Origin: Fimbriimonadia bacterium
Lineage (GTDB): Bacteria; Armatimonadota; Fimbriimonadia; Fimbriimonadales; JABRVX01
Assembly: GCA_041483895.1 (NCBI GenBank)
Contig: JBGPGO010000006.1
Coordinates: 96,001-160,000 of the forward strand
DNA length: 64,000 bases
Reading direction: 5' to 3'
A program made the translations under genes and the position numbers. The first letter of the stretch is position 1; each line of letters opens with the position of its first letter. Positions 28,167-37,746 of the stretch are shown here, in pieces. The notes under the pieces were generated by a model. The model ran no database searches. It was not told the DNA's origin and saw only the letters and a list, made by a program, of their open reading frames with translations.

Positions 28167-29561
28167 ATGTCACATAACATACGACTCGACTTCCTCGGTG
28201 CTGCGGGGACAGTTACCGGGTCACGACACCTAGTCACCGTCGACGGCAAGCGATATCTGTTTGACTGCGGGCTGTTTCAGGGAAGGAAAGAGATACGGGA
28301 TTTGAACTGGAAGCCGTTTCCCGTGGAACCGGCCAGCATCGAGGCGGTCGTGGTCACCCACGCGCACATCGACCATATCGGCAACCTGCCGAAGCTGGTG
28401 AAAGACGGCTACAAGGGTCCGATCTACTCCACACCGGCGACGGCGGCGATCTCCGCTCTTTCGCTGCCGGACACCGCCCATCTGCAAGAGGAAGAGGCGC
28501 GATTTCACAACAAGCGGGGATCATCGAGCCACGTTCCGGCCTTGCCGCTGTATGGCCCCGGGGATGCCGAAACGGCCCTGCGCCTGTTCGAGCGGAAACC
28601 GTACGAGCAGTGGCACGCCCTTGGCAACGGCCTCACATGGCGATACCATACCGCCGGTCATATTTTGGGCGCGGCCTTCATCGAACTGGCGCTGCCGACC
28701 GGTGAGATCATCTTGTTTGGCGGAGATTTGGGCCGAAACGGGATGCCGATCATCCGCGACCCGATGCACATGGAATATGCCGACTACCTGTACATAGAAT
28801 CGACCTACGGCGACCGATTGCATCCCAACAAGGACGATATCCCCGGCGAGCTTGCGGCCGTCGTCAAACGCACGTGTGACAGGGGCGGAGTGATGCTGAT
28901 CCCCGCTTTCGCCATCGGCAGATCGCAAGAGATCCTCTACTTCCTACACGATCTCATCCATCAAGGGACCATCCCGGATCTGCCGATCTATTTGGACAGT
29001 CCGATGGCTGTCGATGCCACGCGAATCCATATCGACTTCGCCGAAGAACACGATTTGGAAATGTCGAAACTGATGAGCGAAGAGAACCCGCTTGCCGGAC
29101 ACAACATTCGCTACACCCGCAGCAGCGAGGAGTCGAAAAAGCTGAACAATCTGCGGGAACCGGCCATTATCATCAGCTCGAGCGGCATGTGCAACGGCGG
29201 CCGCATTCTGCATCATCTCCTCAATCGTCTCGATGACGCGAAGAACACGGTACTGTTCGTCGGCTTCCAGGCGGAAGGCACTTTGGGCAGACGGCTTATC
29301 GATGGGGAGGAACGGGTCCGGATCTATGGCCAGGAGGTGGCGGTGAAGGCCGAGATCGCGCGGATCGATGCCTTGTCGGCGCACGCGGACTACGAAGAGA
29401 TGCTGGAGTGGCTGTCCTATTTCAAGAAGCCGCCGAAGATGACGTTCATCGTGCACGGGGAGCCGCCGGCCGCGGCGTCGCTGATGGGGAAGGTGAAGGC
29501 TAAGTTCGGCTGGCCCTGTACGATCCCGTATCTGGGGGATCATTTCGACGTGCCTGCTTGA
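28167..29561 (+). CDS. MBL-fold beta-CASP ribonuclease (YSH1/TTHA0252-like)
   Basis: FLGAAGTVTGS, DCGLFQG, THAHIDHIG, AGHILG, ESTYG, PAFAIGRSQE, SAHAD, VHGE. Confidence 0.93.
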   Translation: MSHNIRLDFLGAAGTVTGSRHLVTVDGKRYLFDCGLFQGRKEIRDLNWKPFPVEPASIEAVVVTHAHIDHIGNLPKLVKDGYKGPIYSTPATAAISALSLPDTAHLQEEEARFHNKRGSSSHVPALPLYGPGDAETALRLFERKPYEQWHALGNGLTWRYHTAGHILGAAFIELALPTGEIILFGGDLGRNGMPIIRDPMHMEYADYLYIESTYGDRLHPNKDDIPGELAAVVKRTCDRGGVMLIPAFAIGRSQEILYFLHDLIHQGTIPDLPIYLDSPMAVDATRIHIDFAEEHDLEMSKLMSEENPLAGHNIRYTRSSEESKKLNNLREPAIIISSSGMCNGGRILHHLLNRLDDAKNTVLFVGFQAEGTLGRRLIDGEERVRIYGQEVAVKAEIARIDALSAHADYEEMLEWLSYFKKPPKMTFIVHGEPPAAASLMGKVKAKFGWPCTIPYLGDHFDVPA

Positions 29562-29563
29562 TG

Positions 29564-29748
29564 GTGTTGGGGTCTAGGGTAGTCGGCAATTGGTCAGATC
29601 CGGCCGGCGAGGACCCCAACACAACGCCTTTGCGGAACCCCAACACATCGGGGTTGCCAGGTGTTGGGGTCTGCGGTGGTCGGCAATTGGTCAGATCCGG
29701 CCGGCGAGGACCCCAACACATCGCCTTTGGTGGACCCCAACACAGCGG
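29564..29748 (+). repeat. Two 59-bp hairpins plus two half copies of the RAYT-flanking family
   Basis: GTGTTGGGGTC..GAGGACCCCAACAC at 29564-29622 and 29661-29719, each followed by an extra ACCCCAACAC half-site. Confidence 0.85.
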
Positions 29749-29782
29749 AGATATCCCTTCAGAGTCGTACTGTGAAGGGGCC

Positions 29783-29820
29783 AAAAAAGAGAATGGGGGC
29801 GGTTTGGACACCGTCCCCAT
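29783..29820 (-). terminator. Intrinsic terminator-like hairpin
   Basis: Minus strand ATGGGGACGGT-GTCCAA-ACCGCCCCCAT followed by TCTCTTTTTT. Confidence 0.6.
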
Positions 29821-30078
29821 ATTTCATTGCACAGTCTAGGAAGACTTGCTTTCTCGGTTGATTTCGAAGAAAATTCGTTTGTCAGGTCGGATAAACAGAA
29901 CAGTACAAATCAAAACTCTCGGAACCTATACACAGTATCATTTTCCCGGATACGGTGCGCCGTGAGAATTACCTGATTCCGGAAAATCGCGAACGCCGCC
30001 CGCAAATTCGCCGAATGGTTTACTAACCCACGACCTATCTGTTAGAATGAACCGTTCCGCTGCCACGGAGGGAAGAGA

Positions 30079-31359
30079 TTGGACATTTTGCGTATTCAGG
30101 GTGGACGCCGCCTCGAGGGGGAGTTGGAGGTCGGCGGCAGCAAGAACGCAGCCCTGGCTATCCTCGCCGGATGTTTGCTGAGCAAAGAAGACATATTGCT
30201 TCGTAATTTGCCTAACATCATCGACGTCCGAATAAAGGTCGATATCCTCAAGCAGCTTGGCGTCCGGACGACTTGGACGGACGAAGGTCTTTGGCTCAAC
30301 GCGGGCGAGCTGACCTCGGCGGAGCTTCCGTCGGATGCCTGTCGCCGCATTCGCACCTCATTTTTCCTCCTCGGCCCCATTCTTGCCCGCGTTGGGACGG
30401 CCAACGTTCCGCTTCCAGGAGGCTGCAACATCGGCGCGCGGCCCGTCAATTTCCATGTTCGCGGTCTGAAGGCGATGGGGGCCACGCTGGAGCAGAAGGA
30501 CGGTTACTATGTCGCGAAGGCGTCGCGGCTGACGGGCGCGGATATATATCTCGATTTCCCCAGCGCCGGGGCCACCCAGCACCTGATGACCGCCGCCGTT
30601 TTGGCGGACGGCGCGACATCGATCCACAACTGCGCCATGGAGCCGGAGGTTGTGGAGCTCGCCAATTTCCTGAACATGATGGGGGCGCGTGTCGACGGCG
30701 CCGGAACGAGCACGATTACAATTGAGGGCGTGCGGACCCTAACCGGCGGGGACTATCGCATCGGGTCGGACAGGCTGCAGGCGGGCACCTATCTTATGGC
30801 CGCGGCGGCGACGCGCGGCGAGCTGACCGTCCGGGCGCTGATGCCTGAACGCCTACACTCCATGGTCGCCAAGATGCGCGAGTCCGGCGCGGAGGTGAAC
30901 GAAGGGTACGATTGGGTCAGCGTAACGCAGTCGTCGCGTCCGAAGGCCGTCGATATCCGCACGATGCCCCATCCGGGCTTCCCGACCGACATGCAGCAGC
31001 CGATGTGCGCCTACCTGGCAACCGCCGATGGGGTTTCGATCATCAACGAGACGATTTATGAGGCGCGGGTCGGCCATGTGAAGGAACTGGTCCGCATGGG
31101 CGCGGACATTCGCGTGGATGGCCGTCAAATCACGATAAGCGGTGTTGGGAACTTGGAGGGCGCATCGGTGTCGGCGAGCGATCTGCGGGCGGGCGCGGCG
31201 CTGATTGTGGCGGCGTTGGGCGCCGACGGCGACACGATGATCTCGGGCACGGACAACATCGACCGGGGATATGAGAATTTGGAACAGATACTCAATTCGC
31301 TTGGCGCAAAGGTGGAGCGGTTGGCCACGAAGGGTTCGGAAGAGGCCGTCACGGGGTGA
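30079..31359 (+). CDS. murA: UDP-N-acetylglucosamine 1-carboxyvinyltransferase
   Basis: GSKNAAL, LPGGCNIGARP, SAGAT, PGFPTDMQ, DLRAGAAL, IDRGYE; TTG start with SD. Confidence 0.96.
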   Translation: MDILRIQGGRRLEGELEVGGSKNAALAILAGCLLSKEDILLRNLPNIIDVRIKVDILKQLGVRTTWTDEGLWLNAGELTSAELPSDACRRIRTSFFLLGPILARVGTANVPLPGGCNIGARPVNFHVRGLKAMGATLEQKDGYYVAKASRLTGADIYLDFPSAGATQHLMTAAVLADGATSIHNCAMEPEVVELANFLNMMGARVDGAGTSTITIEGVRTLTGGDYRIGSDRLQAGTYLMAAAATRGELTVRALMPERLHSMVAKMRESGAEVNEGYDWVSVTQSSRPKAVDIRTMPHPGFPTDMQQPMCAYLATADGVSIINETIYEARVGHVKELVRMGADIRVDGRQITISGVGNLEGASVSASDLRAGAALIVAALGADGDTMISGTDNIDRGYENLEQILNSLGAKVERLATKGSEEAVTG

Positions 31360-32375
31360 GATTCGTACCCGAACTCGGCATCGATCTTGGAACCGCGAAC
31401 ATCCTTGTCTACCAGCGTGGCAAGGGAGTGGTGCTTCGCGAGCCCACGGTTGTCGCGACCGCGAAGCCTTCGAACAAGGTGCTCGCTGTCGGGGAGGAGG
31501 CGCGGCTGATGCTGGGCCGAACCCCCGGCAACATCGTCGCCGTCCGGCCTTTGCGTGATGGCGTCATCGCCGATTACACCACGACACTCAAGATGCTCCA
31601 GTATCTGTTCGACAAGTGCTGCGGACAGCGGCGATGGCTGAAGCCGCGGGTGCTTGTCTGCGTGCCGAGCGGCTGCACCAATGTGGAGCGGCGGGCTGTC
31701 ATCCAGGCGTCGAAGGAGGCTGGTGCGGGTGAGGCGGCCACGATTGAAGAGCCGATGGCGGCGGCGATCGGGGCGGGGCTGCCAATCAGCATGCCGGGTG
31801 GCAACATGGTGGTGGATATCGGCGGCGGGACGACCGACATTGCGGTGATCTCCCTCGGCGGCATCGTGACCAGCAAGAGCATTCGGGTCGGCGGCAACAA
31901 GCTTGACGAGGCTATCGTCCGGCATATTCGCACCGCGTACAATCTCATGATAGGCAGCAGCACGGCGGAAGAGATCAAGATCCGTGTCGGTTCCGCCTAT
32001 GCGCTAACCCCCGAGATGCGGATGGAGGTGCGCGGCCGCGACCTGGTGGCCGGCCTGCCGAAAACCGTTGAGGTTTCCAGCGAAGAGATTCGCGACGCGA
32101 TGGCCGAGGCGATCAACCAGATCGTGGAGAAAGTGTGCGGCGTGCTGGAAGAGACCCCGCCGGAACTGTCCTCGGATATTATCGAGCGGGGCGTCGTTCT
32201 GACGGGTGGCGGGGCGCTGCTCCGCGGCTTCGATGAGCTGCTGCATGTGGCGACTGATATCCCGATCAAGGTGGCGGAAAACCCGTTGCAGTGCGTTGCC
32301 ATCGGCACCGGGCGGGCGCTGGAAGAGATGAAGGCGATCCGCAACTCCGGCATAATTAATTCAAACGTTTGGTAG
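31356..32375 (+). CDS. mreB: Rod shape-determining protein, MreB/Mbl family
   Basis: GIDLGTAN, RPLRDGVIAD, EEPMAAAIGAG, DIGGGTTD, LTGGGALL. Confidence 0.93.
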   Translation: MRFVPELGIDLGTANILVYQRGKGVVLREPTVVATAKPSNKVLAVGEEARLMLGRTPGNIVAVRPLRDGVIADYTTTLKMLQYLFDKCCGQRRWLKPRVLVCVPSGCTNVERRAVIQASKEAGAGEAATIEEPMAAAIGAGLPISMPGGNMVVDIGGGTTDIAVISLGGIVTSKSIRVGGNKLDEAIVRHIRTAYNLMIGSSTAEEIKIRVGSAYALTPEMRMEVRGRDLVAGLPKTVEVSSEEIRDAMAEAINQIVEKVCGVLEETPPELSSDIIERGVVLTGGGALLRGFDELLHVATDIPIKVAENPLQCVAIGTGRALEEMKAIRNSGIINSNVW

Positions 32376-32384
32376 GAGGCCGAT

Positions 32385-32828
32385 ATGTGGGCCATTTTTG
32401 TTTCCGTCGCGTTGTCCGTTCCGCAATTCCGAGACGTCCCTGCCGATCACTGGGCACGCGATTCCGTAAAGGCTGTCGCCGAGCTTGGCTTTATGAAGGG
32501 CTACCCGGATGAGTTCCGGGGCGATAAGCCGGTTACGCGTTATGAGTTCGCGGTTGCATTGGATCGTTTTGTGACGACGGTGGAAAAGGGCTTGAAAGAG
32601 GGCGCAAAGAATCCCGTCGCGAAGAAGACAAGCGTCGGAGCGCCGCCCACCCACTGGGCCTATCCCTCGCTGATCCATCTTCTGCAAGGCGGCTATCTGC
32701 CCGAGGATTCGCCCATTTTTTCGAGCGGCATGGACAGTTTGAAGCCCGACGAGATTGGAAAAGCGTTCGGTCAGATCGCAGCCCGCATCACGGACCTTTT
32801 CTCCGATCCCACGGAACCACACGACTAG
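32385..32828 (+). CDS. S-layer homology (SLH) domain protein
   Basis: FRDVPADHWA..GFMKGYPD.FRGDKPVTRYEFA. Confidence 0.88.
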   Translation: MWAIFVSVALSVPQFRDVPADHWARDSVKAVAELGFMKGYPDEFRGDKPVTRYEFAVALDRFVTTVEKGLKEGAKNPVAKKTSVGAPPTHWAYPSLIHLLQGGYLPEDSPIFSSGMDSLKPDEIGKAFGQIAARITDLFSDPTEPHD

Positions 32829-32869
32829 CCTCCCACAGGAATCCGTCCAAGCACGTCTAACAAGGTAGC

Positions 32870-35800
32870 ATGCTTGCCCATCTTCTTGCCTTCTTGCTCA
32901 CCCAATCCGCCGCCCCCGCCTTCCTGCGCGAACCGGATATTCATGGCGACAAGGTTGTCTTCACGTGCGAGGGCGACCTATGGCTCGGCGACCTTACATC
33001 AGGCTCGGCGTCGCGGCTGACGCGAGACGAGGGGCGCGAAGCCGGCGCCAAGTTCTCCCAGGACGGCAAATGGATCGGATACCACGCCGAATATGGCGGA
33101 ATCCGGGAAGTCTTCGTTATCCCAACAGAAGGAGGCCAGCCGAGGCAGATCACTCACACGAACGAGCGAGCCGACATGATTGGCTGGACTCCCGATGGCA
33201 AATCGCTCATCTACGGCACGCGGGGATATCCCACCTTTTTTTGGCTGTTCACCATCCCGTTCGCGGGCGGCGCTCCGACCCGATTTCCATTGGAATATGG
33301 ACATGTCGTCTCGTTTGCGCCGGATGGAAATCGTTTTGTCTTCACGCGGGTGCCTCGGGCAGGCGCGCCTTGGTTTCGATATGAAGGGGGACGAAAGAAC
33401 GACATCTGGACCGGCGATTTGGCGGCGAAGAAATTCAAGAAGGTCTACGAAAGCAAATTCACGAACGAATATCCGATCTGGTCGGGAGAAAGAATCTGCT
33501 GGGTACATGATGAGGGCAACGGATTTAGCATCATGGCCATGACTGACGGCGGGACGGCAAAGCGCATTGCCGGTCCCTACGATGTAGAAGTTCGATACCT
33601 GCGCGGGGACGGAAAGCGCCTGATCTATGAAAAAGGTGTGGGATTGGAGATGCTGGATTTGGCATCCAACAAGACCCAGCCGGTCAACTTCCAACTCCTA
33701 TCAGACTTTTCTCATACCCTGCCCTATCTCTCCCCAGCAAACGGATTTTTGCAAGCCACAAATCTCGGCCAAACGGGAAAGAGAATTCTTGCCGAAAGCC
33801 GCGGCCAGATACTCTCCGTACCCTCGGAAAAGGGCGAGGTGCGCGTTGTCTTGGCAAAGAACGGCGTTCGGTATCGCTACGCCGTTTTCTCCCCGGACGC
33901 GAAGAAAATCGCGTATATATCGGACGAAACCCGGGAACAGCAGCTCTATGTTTCGGATGCCGATGGCGGAAATCCAAAACAGTTGACCAAAGACACAGGC
34001 CGCCAGCTTCTCGAAATCCAGTGGTCGCCAGACGGCAAATGGATCGGCCTGACGGATTCCAAGACATGGCTTCGGTTGATCAACACGGACACCGGCGACA
34101 TCTCTGAGATTGCCAAAGCAATCGGATGGAACGGACCGCACTACGACTTCTCTCCTGATTCCAAATGGATCGTATATGACGAGATCAATCGCTTTTTGGG
34201 CTATCACTCGATCATGCTTTACAACATCGCGACGAAAGAAAAGCACAATCTTAGCGACGGGATGACCGACGATTTCCAGGCGTCGTTCAGCCAGGACGGA
34301 AAGTACATCGCCTTCCTTTCTCAGCGCAGCTTTTCCCCGGTCCATGATGATGTGCTGCCGACCTTGGACCTCCGTAACGCAAACCGCGCCTATCTTCTCA
34401 CGCTGCGAAAGGACACGCCATCCCCGTTTTTGCCGGAAAACGACGAGGAGCCCGCCCCGGCAAAGAAGGAGGAGAAGGCGCCCGAGTTTCGCATCGATTT
34501 GGATGGTCTTGCCAGCCGAGTCATCGAGGTTCCCGCGCCGCCGAAGAACTACACGGTCTTGGCGATGGCAGGGGACCGTGTGCTGCTCCGCTCGCAAGAC
34601 CAAGACGGCCCGGCGCTCACCTATTATGATTTGAAGGCCAAGAAGGGCGGTAAGGTGGCCGCTCCGGCTGCCTTTTTCCAGGTGTCGGGCGATGGAAAGA
34701 AGCTACTGATTCGGAACGGCGCATCGCTGCAGGTGGTGGATGCGTCGGCCGCCGACGTTAAGGCGGACGACGGCAGAGTGAGCTTTGGCAATTTCCAATT
34801 GCGCATCAATCCTGTGGCGGAATGGGAAGAGATGTATTGGGACGCATGGCGGCTGATCCGCGACTATTTTTACGCCGAAAACATGCACGGCAACGACTGG
34901 CCGGCCATCGGACAGAAATATGCCGCGATGCTCCCCGGAGTCCGGTCCCGCGACGAGCTCAACGATCTGATCCGATTCCTCTTGGCGGAACTTAGCGTCT
35001 CCCATGCGGGGGTCGGCGGTGGCGATATTCGCGGTCTCAACGACCCAGAAACCAGCGGCTTTCTCGGCGTCGATCTGGAGCCGGATCCTTCGGGATTCTA
35101 TAAGATCGCGAAGATATTGACGGGTGATGGATTCAGCGGCAGCGGCCAGTCGCCCTTCGCGGAGCCGGGGCAGAACGTGAAGGCAGGCGATTATCTGTTG
35201 GAAGTCGCGGGGATACCGGCCAAGGTTGGCAGCGACTTCATGCAGGGCCTGGTCGGCCGCGCGGGCCAAGTGATCAGCGTCAAGGTCAACACAACGCCGT
35301 CGATGGATGGCGCCCGCACTCTGTTTATCAAACCTATCGCGAATGAGAATCAGTTGCGATACCAGGAGTGGGTCAAAGAGCGCCGGGACTATGTGAACCG
35401 AGCGACGAACGGGCGATTCGGATACCTCCACATTGCGAACATGGTGACAAGCGGATTTGCGGAATTCGCCGAACAATACTTCCCGCAGCGCAACAAGCAG
35501 GCGATGATCATCGACGTGCGATTTAACTCTGGCGGCAACGTCTCGACGCACATCATCAACATCTTGCAACAGCGCCTGGTCGCCTATTTTAACCAGCGAA
35601 ACAGCGATACTCCGTGGACGCGGCAGGGCGGCTTCTTCCCGGGTCCGATGGTCTGCCTGATCAACGAGTTCAGCGCCTCCAATGGCGAGGAGTTCCCGCA
35701 TCATTTCCGCGCGCTGAAACTCGGTCCGTTGGTGGGTAGGCGGACGTGGGGCGGTGAGGTTGGGTCCGATCCGGGCTGGCCGCTGGCAGACGGCGGCACC

Positions 35801-36025
35801 ATCAACATTCCGAACTACGGTGCATGGACCCCCACCGAGGGCTGGGTGATCGAAGGCACCGGCATCGCCCCGGACTACGAGGTGGACAACGATCCCAATC
35901 TTTGGGTGCAGGGCAAAGATCCGCAGCTCGACAAGGCGATTGCGCTGATGGAAGAAGAGGTCAAGAAGCATCCGTGGAAGCAGCCGACGCATCCGGCGGA
36001 GCCGGTCAAGGTGCATCCGAAATAA
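32870..36025 (+). CDS. Tricorn protease homolog (S41, PD40 propellers, PDZ)
   Basis: PDIHGDKVVF..GDLW, WSPDGKWI repeats, GYLHI, DVRFNSGG, SASNGE, GRRTWGG, DPQLDKAI. Confidence 0.92.
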   Translation: MLAHLLAFLLTQSAAPAFLREPDIHGDKVVFTCEGDLWLGDLTSGSASRLTRDEGREAGAKFSQDGKWIGYHAEYGGIREVFVIPTEGGQPRQITHTNERADMIGWTPDGKSLIYGTRGYPTFFWLFTIPFAGGAPTRFPLEYGHVVSFAPDGNRFVFTRVPRAGAPWFRYEGGRKNDIWTGDLAAKKFKKVYESKFTNEYPIWSGERICWVHDEGNGFSIMAMTDGGTAKRIAGPYDVEVRYLRGDGKRLIYEKGVGLEMLDLASNKTQPVNFQLLSDFSHTLPYLSPANGFLQATNLGQTGKRILAESRGQILSVPSEKGEVRVVLAKNGVRYRYAVFSPDAKKIAYISDETREQQLYVSDADGGNPKQLTKDTGRQLLEIQWSPDGKWIGLTDSKTWLRLINTDTGDISEIAKAIGWNGPHYDFSPDSKWIVYDEINRFLGYHSIMLYNIATKEKHNLSDGMTDDFQASFSQDGKYIAFLSQRSFSPVHDDVLPTLDLRNANRAYLLTLRKDTPSPFLPENDEEPAPAKKEEKAPEFRIDLDGLASRVIEVPAPPKNYTVLAMAGDRVLLRSQDQDGPALTYYDLKAKKGGKVAAPAAFFQVSGDGKKLLIRNGASLQVVDASAADVKADDGRVSFGNFQLRINPVAEWEEMYWDAWRLIRDYFYAENMHGNDWPAIGQKYAAMLPGVRSRDELNDLIRFLLAELSVSHAGVGGGDIRGLNDPETSGFLGVDLEPDPSGFYKIAKILTGDGFSGSGQSPFAEPGQNVKAGDYLLEVAGIPAKVGSDFMQGLVGRAGQVISVKVNTTPSMDGARTLFIKPIANENQLRYQEWVKERRDYVNRATNGRFGYLHIANMVTSGFAEFAEQYFPQRNKQAMIIDVRFNSGGNVSTHIINILQQRLVAYFNQRNSDTPWTRQGGFFPGPMVCLINEFSASNGEEFPHHFRALKLGPLVGRRTWGGEVGSDPGWPLADGGTINIPNYGAWTPTEGWVIEGTGIAPDYEVDNDPNLWVQGKDPQLDKAIALMEEEVKKHPWKQPTHPAEPVKVHPK

Positions 36026-36801
36026 TGGACCTCGGTTTGGCGGGCAAGAGGGCGCTTGTCTGCGCGTCCAGCAAGGGGCTCGGGTTCGCGTCGGCGAAGG
36101 CGCTGCATGCGGAAGGACCGACCATCTGTCTCAACGGGCGCGATCCAGATTCTCTGGCCGCGGCGGCATCGGGGCTGTCGGGCGCGCATATCGTGGTCGC
36201 GGATATCGGTTCGACCGAGAGCTGTGAGCGGCTGATCGGCGAGGCGGTCGAGAAAATGGGCGGGATCGATATTTTGGTCATCAACTCCGGCGGGCCCCCA
36301 GCGGGAACATTTTTTGATCTGGGCGAAGATGCCTGGACGGAGGGGATCGCGGTAACGCTGATGAATTTTGTGCGATGCGTCCGACTCGCCGCGCCGGGAA
36401 TGAAGGAGCGCGGGTGGGGCCGGATCGTCACCATCACCTCCACCTCCGTGCGCGAACCGATTGTCGGTCTTACTCTCTCCAACACTCTCCGTCCGGCCGT
36501 CACCGGCCTCTCCGCCGACCTGTCGCGCGAACTGGCCCCGCACGGCATCACAGTCAACTGCGTCGCGCCGGGCCGGTACGAAACGGACCGCTTGTCGCAT
36601 CTGTTCGAAAAGCAGTCGCAGATCCGGGGCGTTTCGGTGGAGCAGTTGGCGGATGAGTCCCGCGCCGCCGTCCCGATAGGGAGGCACGGCAGGCCGGAGG
36701 AGTTGGGGGCGGCGGTGGCGTTTTTGTGCTCGGAAACGGCGAGCTATATCACGGGAATCACGCTTTTTGTGGACGGCGGGTTGACAAAGGCTCGAATGTA
36801 G
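36025..36801 (+). CDS. SDR family oxidoreductase
   Basis: ASSKGLG, INSGGP, LTLSNTLR, VNCVAPG, GRPEE, YITG..VDGG. Confidence 0.92.
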   Translation: MDLGLAGKRALVCASSKGLGFASAKALHAEGPTICLNGRDPDSLAAAASGLSGAHIVVADIGSTESCERLIGEAVEKMGGIDILVINSGGPPAGTFFDLGEDAWTEGIAVTLMNFVRCVRLAAPGMKERGWGRIVTITSTSVREPIVGLTLSNTLRPAVTGLSADLSRELAPHGITVNCVAPGRYETDRLSHLFEKQSQIRGVSVEQLADESRAAVPIGRHGRPEELGAAVAFLCSETASYITGITLFVDGGLTKARM

Positions 36802-36828
36802 CCGCGGCTGGGCCAGAATCGGAATCGG

Positions 36829-37458
36829 ATGAATGCGCCCCGCCATGAGTTGGTCCGAGCTCTGATCGCTGTCGCCGTGATGGTGGCGGTGGTCTATTTG
36901 CTCGCGCTCAAGGCGGACTGGGATGAGCGGCGGGAGAAGGCCAAGAAGGAGCCGCTGATCCAGGGCATTCTCATCCACCATTCCGCCTCGCCTCCAACGA
37001 TTGAGGGCAAGCGGGTGGACGCGGCGATGATCGATGGTTGGCACAAGAAGCGCGGGTTTACCTCCACCGTCGCCGGCGAGGATTATCACATCGGCTACAA
37101 CTTTGTGATCCTGCCGGATGGGACGATTGAGAAGGGCCGCCCGGTCGGTTCCTATGGCGCGCATGCGGGATCGATTTTCTACAACCAACATTTCATCGGT
37201 GTCTGCCTCATCGGGGATTTCGACGATTTTGACAATCCGAACGGCAAGAACGGCCCGAAGGACCCCTCCCCTCGCCAGCTCACTTCACTCCGCCTCCTCT
37301 GCGACTCTCTTGCCCGCGAATTCAACTTTTCCGCAGACGCGATTCTGCCCCACCGCGCCGTCCGCGACACCGCCTGCCCAGGGAGCCGCTTCCCACTCTC
37401 TTGGCTTCGCACTGCCGTCGACAACGACCTACATCCCATCCGCACCGCCCGAAGGTAG
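36829..37458 (+). CDS. N-acetylmuramoyl-L-alanine amidase (Amidase_2/PGRP-like), membrane anchored
   Basis: ILIHHSA, IGYNFVILPDGTIEKGR, GAHA, IGVCLIG, PHR..TACPG. Confidence 0.9.
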   Translation: MNAPRHELVRALIAVAVMVAVVYLLALKADWDERREKAKKEPLIQGILIHHSASPPTIEGKRVDAAMIDGWHKKRGFTSTVAGEDYHIGYNFVILPDGTIEKGRPVGSYGAHAGSIFYNQHFIGVCLIGDFDDFDNPNGKNGPKDPSPRQLTSLRLLCDSLAREFNFSADAILPHRAVRDTACPGSRFPLSWLRTAVDNDLHPIRTARR

Positions 37459-37553
37459 CCGCAAGCTTTAGCTTGCGGCGCATCGTCAAGCTCCGGTAGA
37501 CGCGGGTTGTCTTTCCGATACGTTTCGAATCGCCGACCCCAAAACCCGCGTGG
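37455..37553. repeat. GTAG-type REP hairpin plus a diverged ~58-bp hairpin
   Basis: GTAGCCGCAAGCTTTAGCTTGCGGC at 37455-37479 (second copy 56912-56935); GTAGACGCGGGTT..AACCCGCGT at 37496-37551. Confidence 0.65.
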
Positions 37554-37559
37554 GAGGTG

Positions 37560-37746
37560 TGTCAGTGGCGATATCCAATCGCGATGCAACGTCCACCGTG
37601 GTCCAACGCGGGCACTCGGGATTGGCAAATGGGACGGTATCGGCTTGCCGGCCCGCGACTACAGTGCCTCAACAGGTCCTGTCACTGGACAGAGGATCTG
37701 CTTAGGGATAGAAGTCATGTCCGCCATGGGCACGACTCTATCTGCA
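37560..37746 (-). pseudogene. Frameshifted remnant of the paralog's C-terminal domain
   Basis: Different frames give VHISGYI, QADTVPF, ARVGP and RLDIATD, versus paralog VNITGWL, QGETTPF, AIVAP and RQMDMSVET. Confidence 0.5.

Noticed and set aside
26931..29719. 59-bp hairpins as integron attC sites (59-base elements)
   Set aside because: They lack RYYYAAC/GTTRRRY cores, do not separate single-gene cassettes, and no integron integrase is present.
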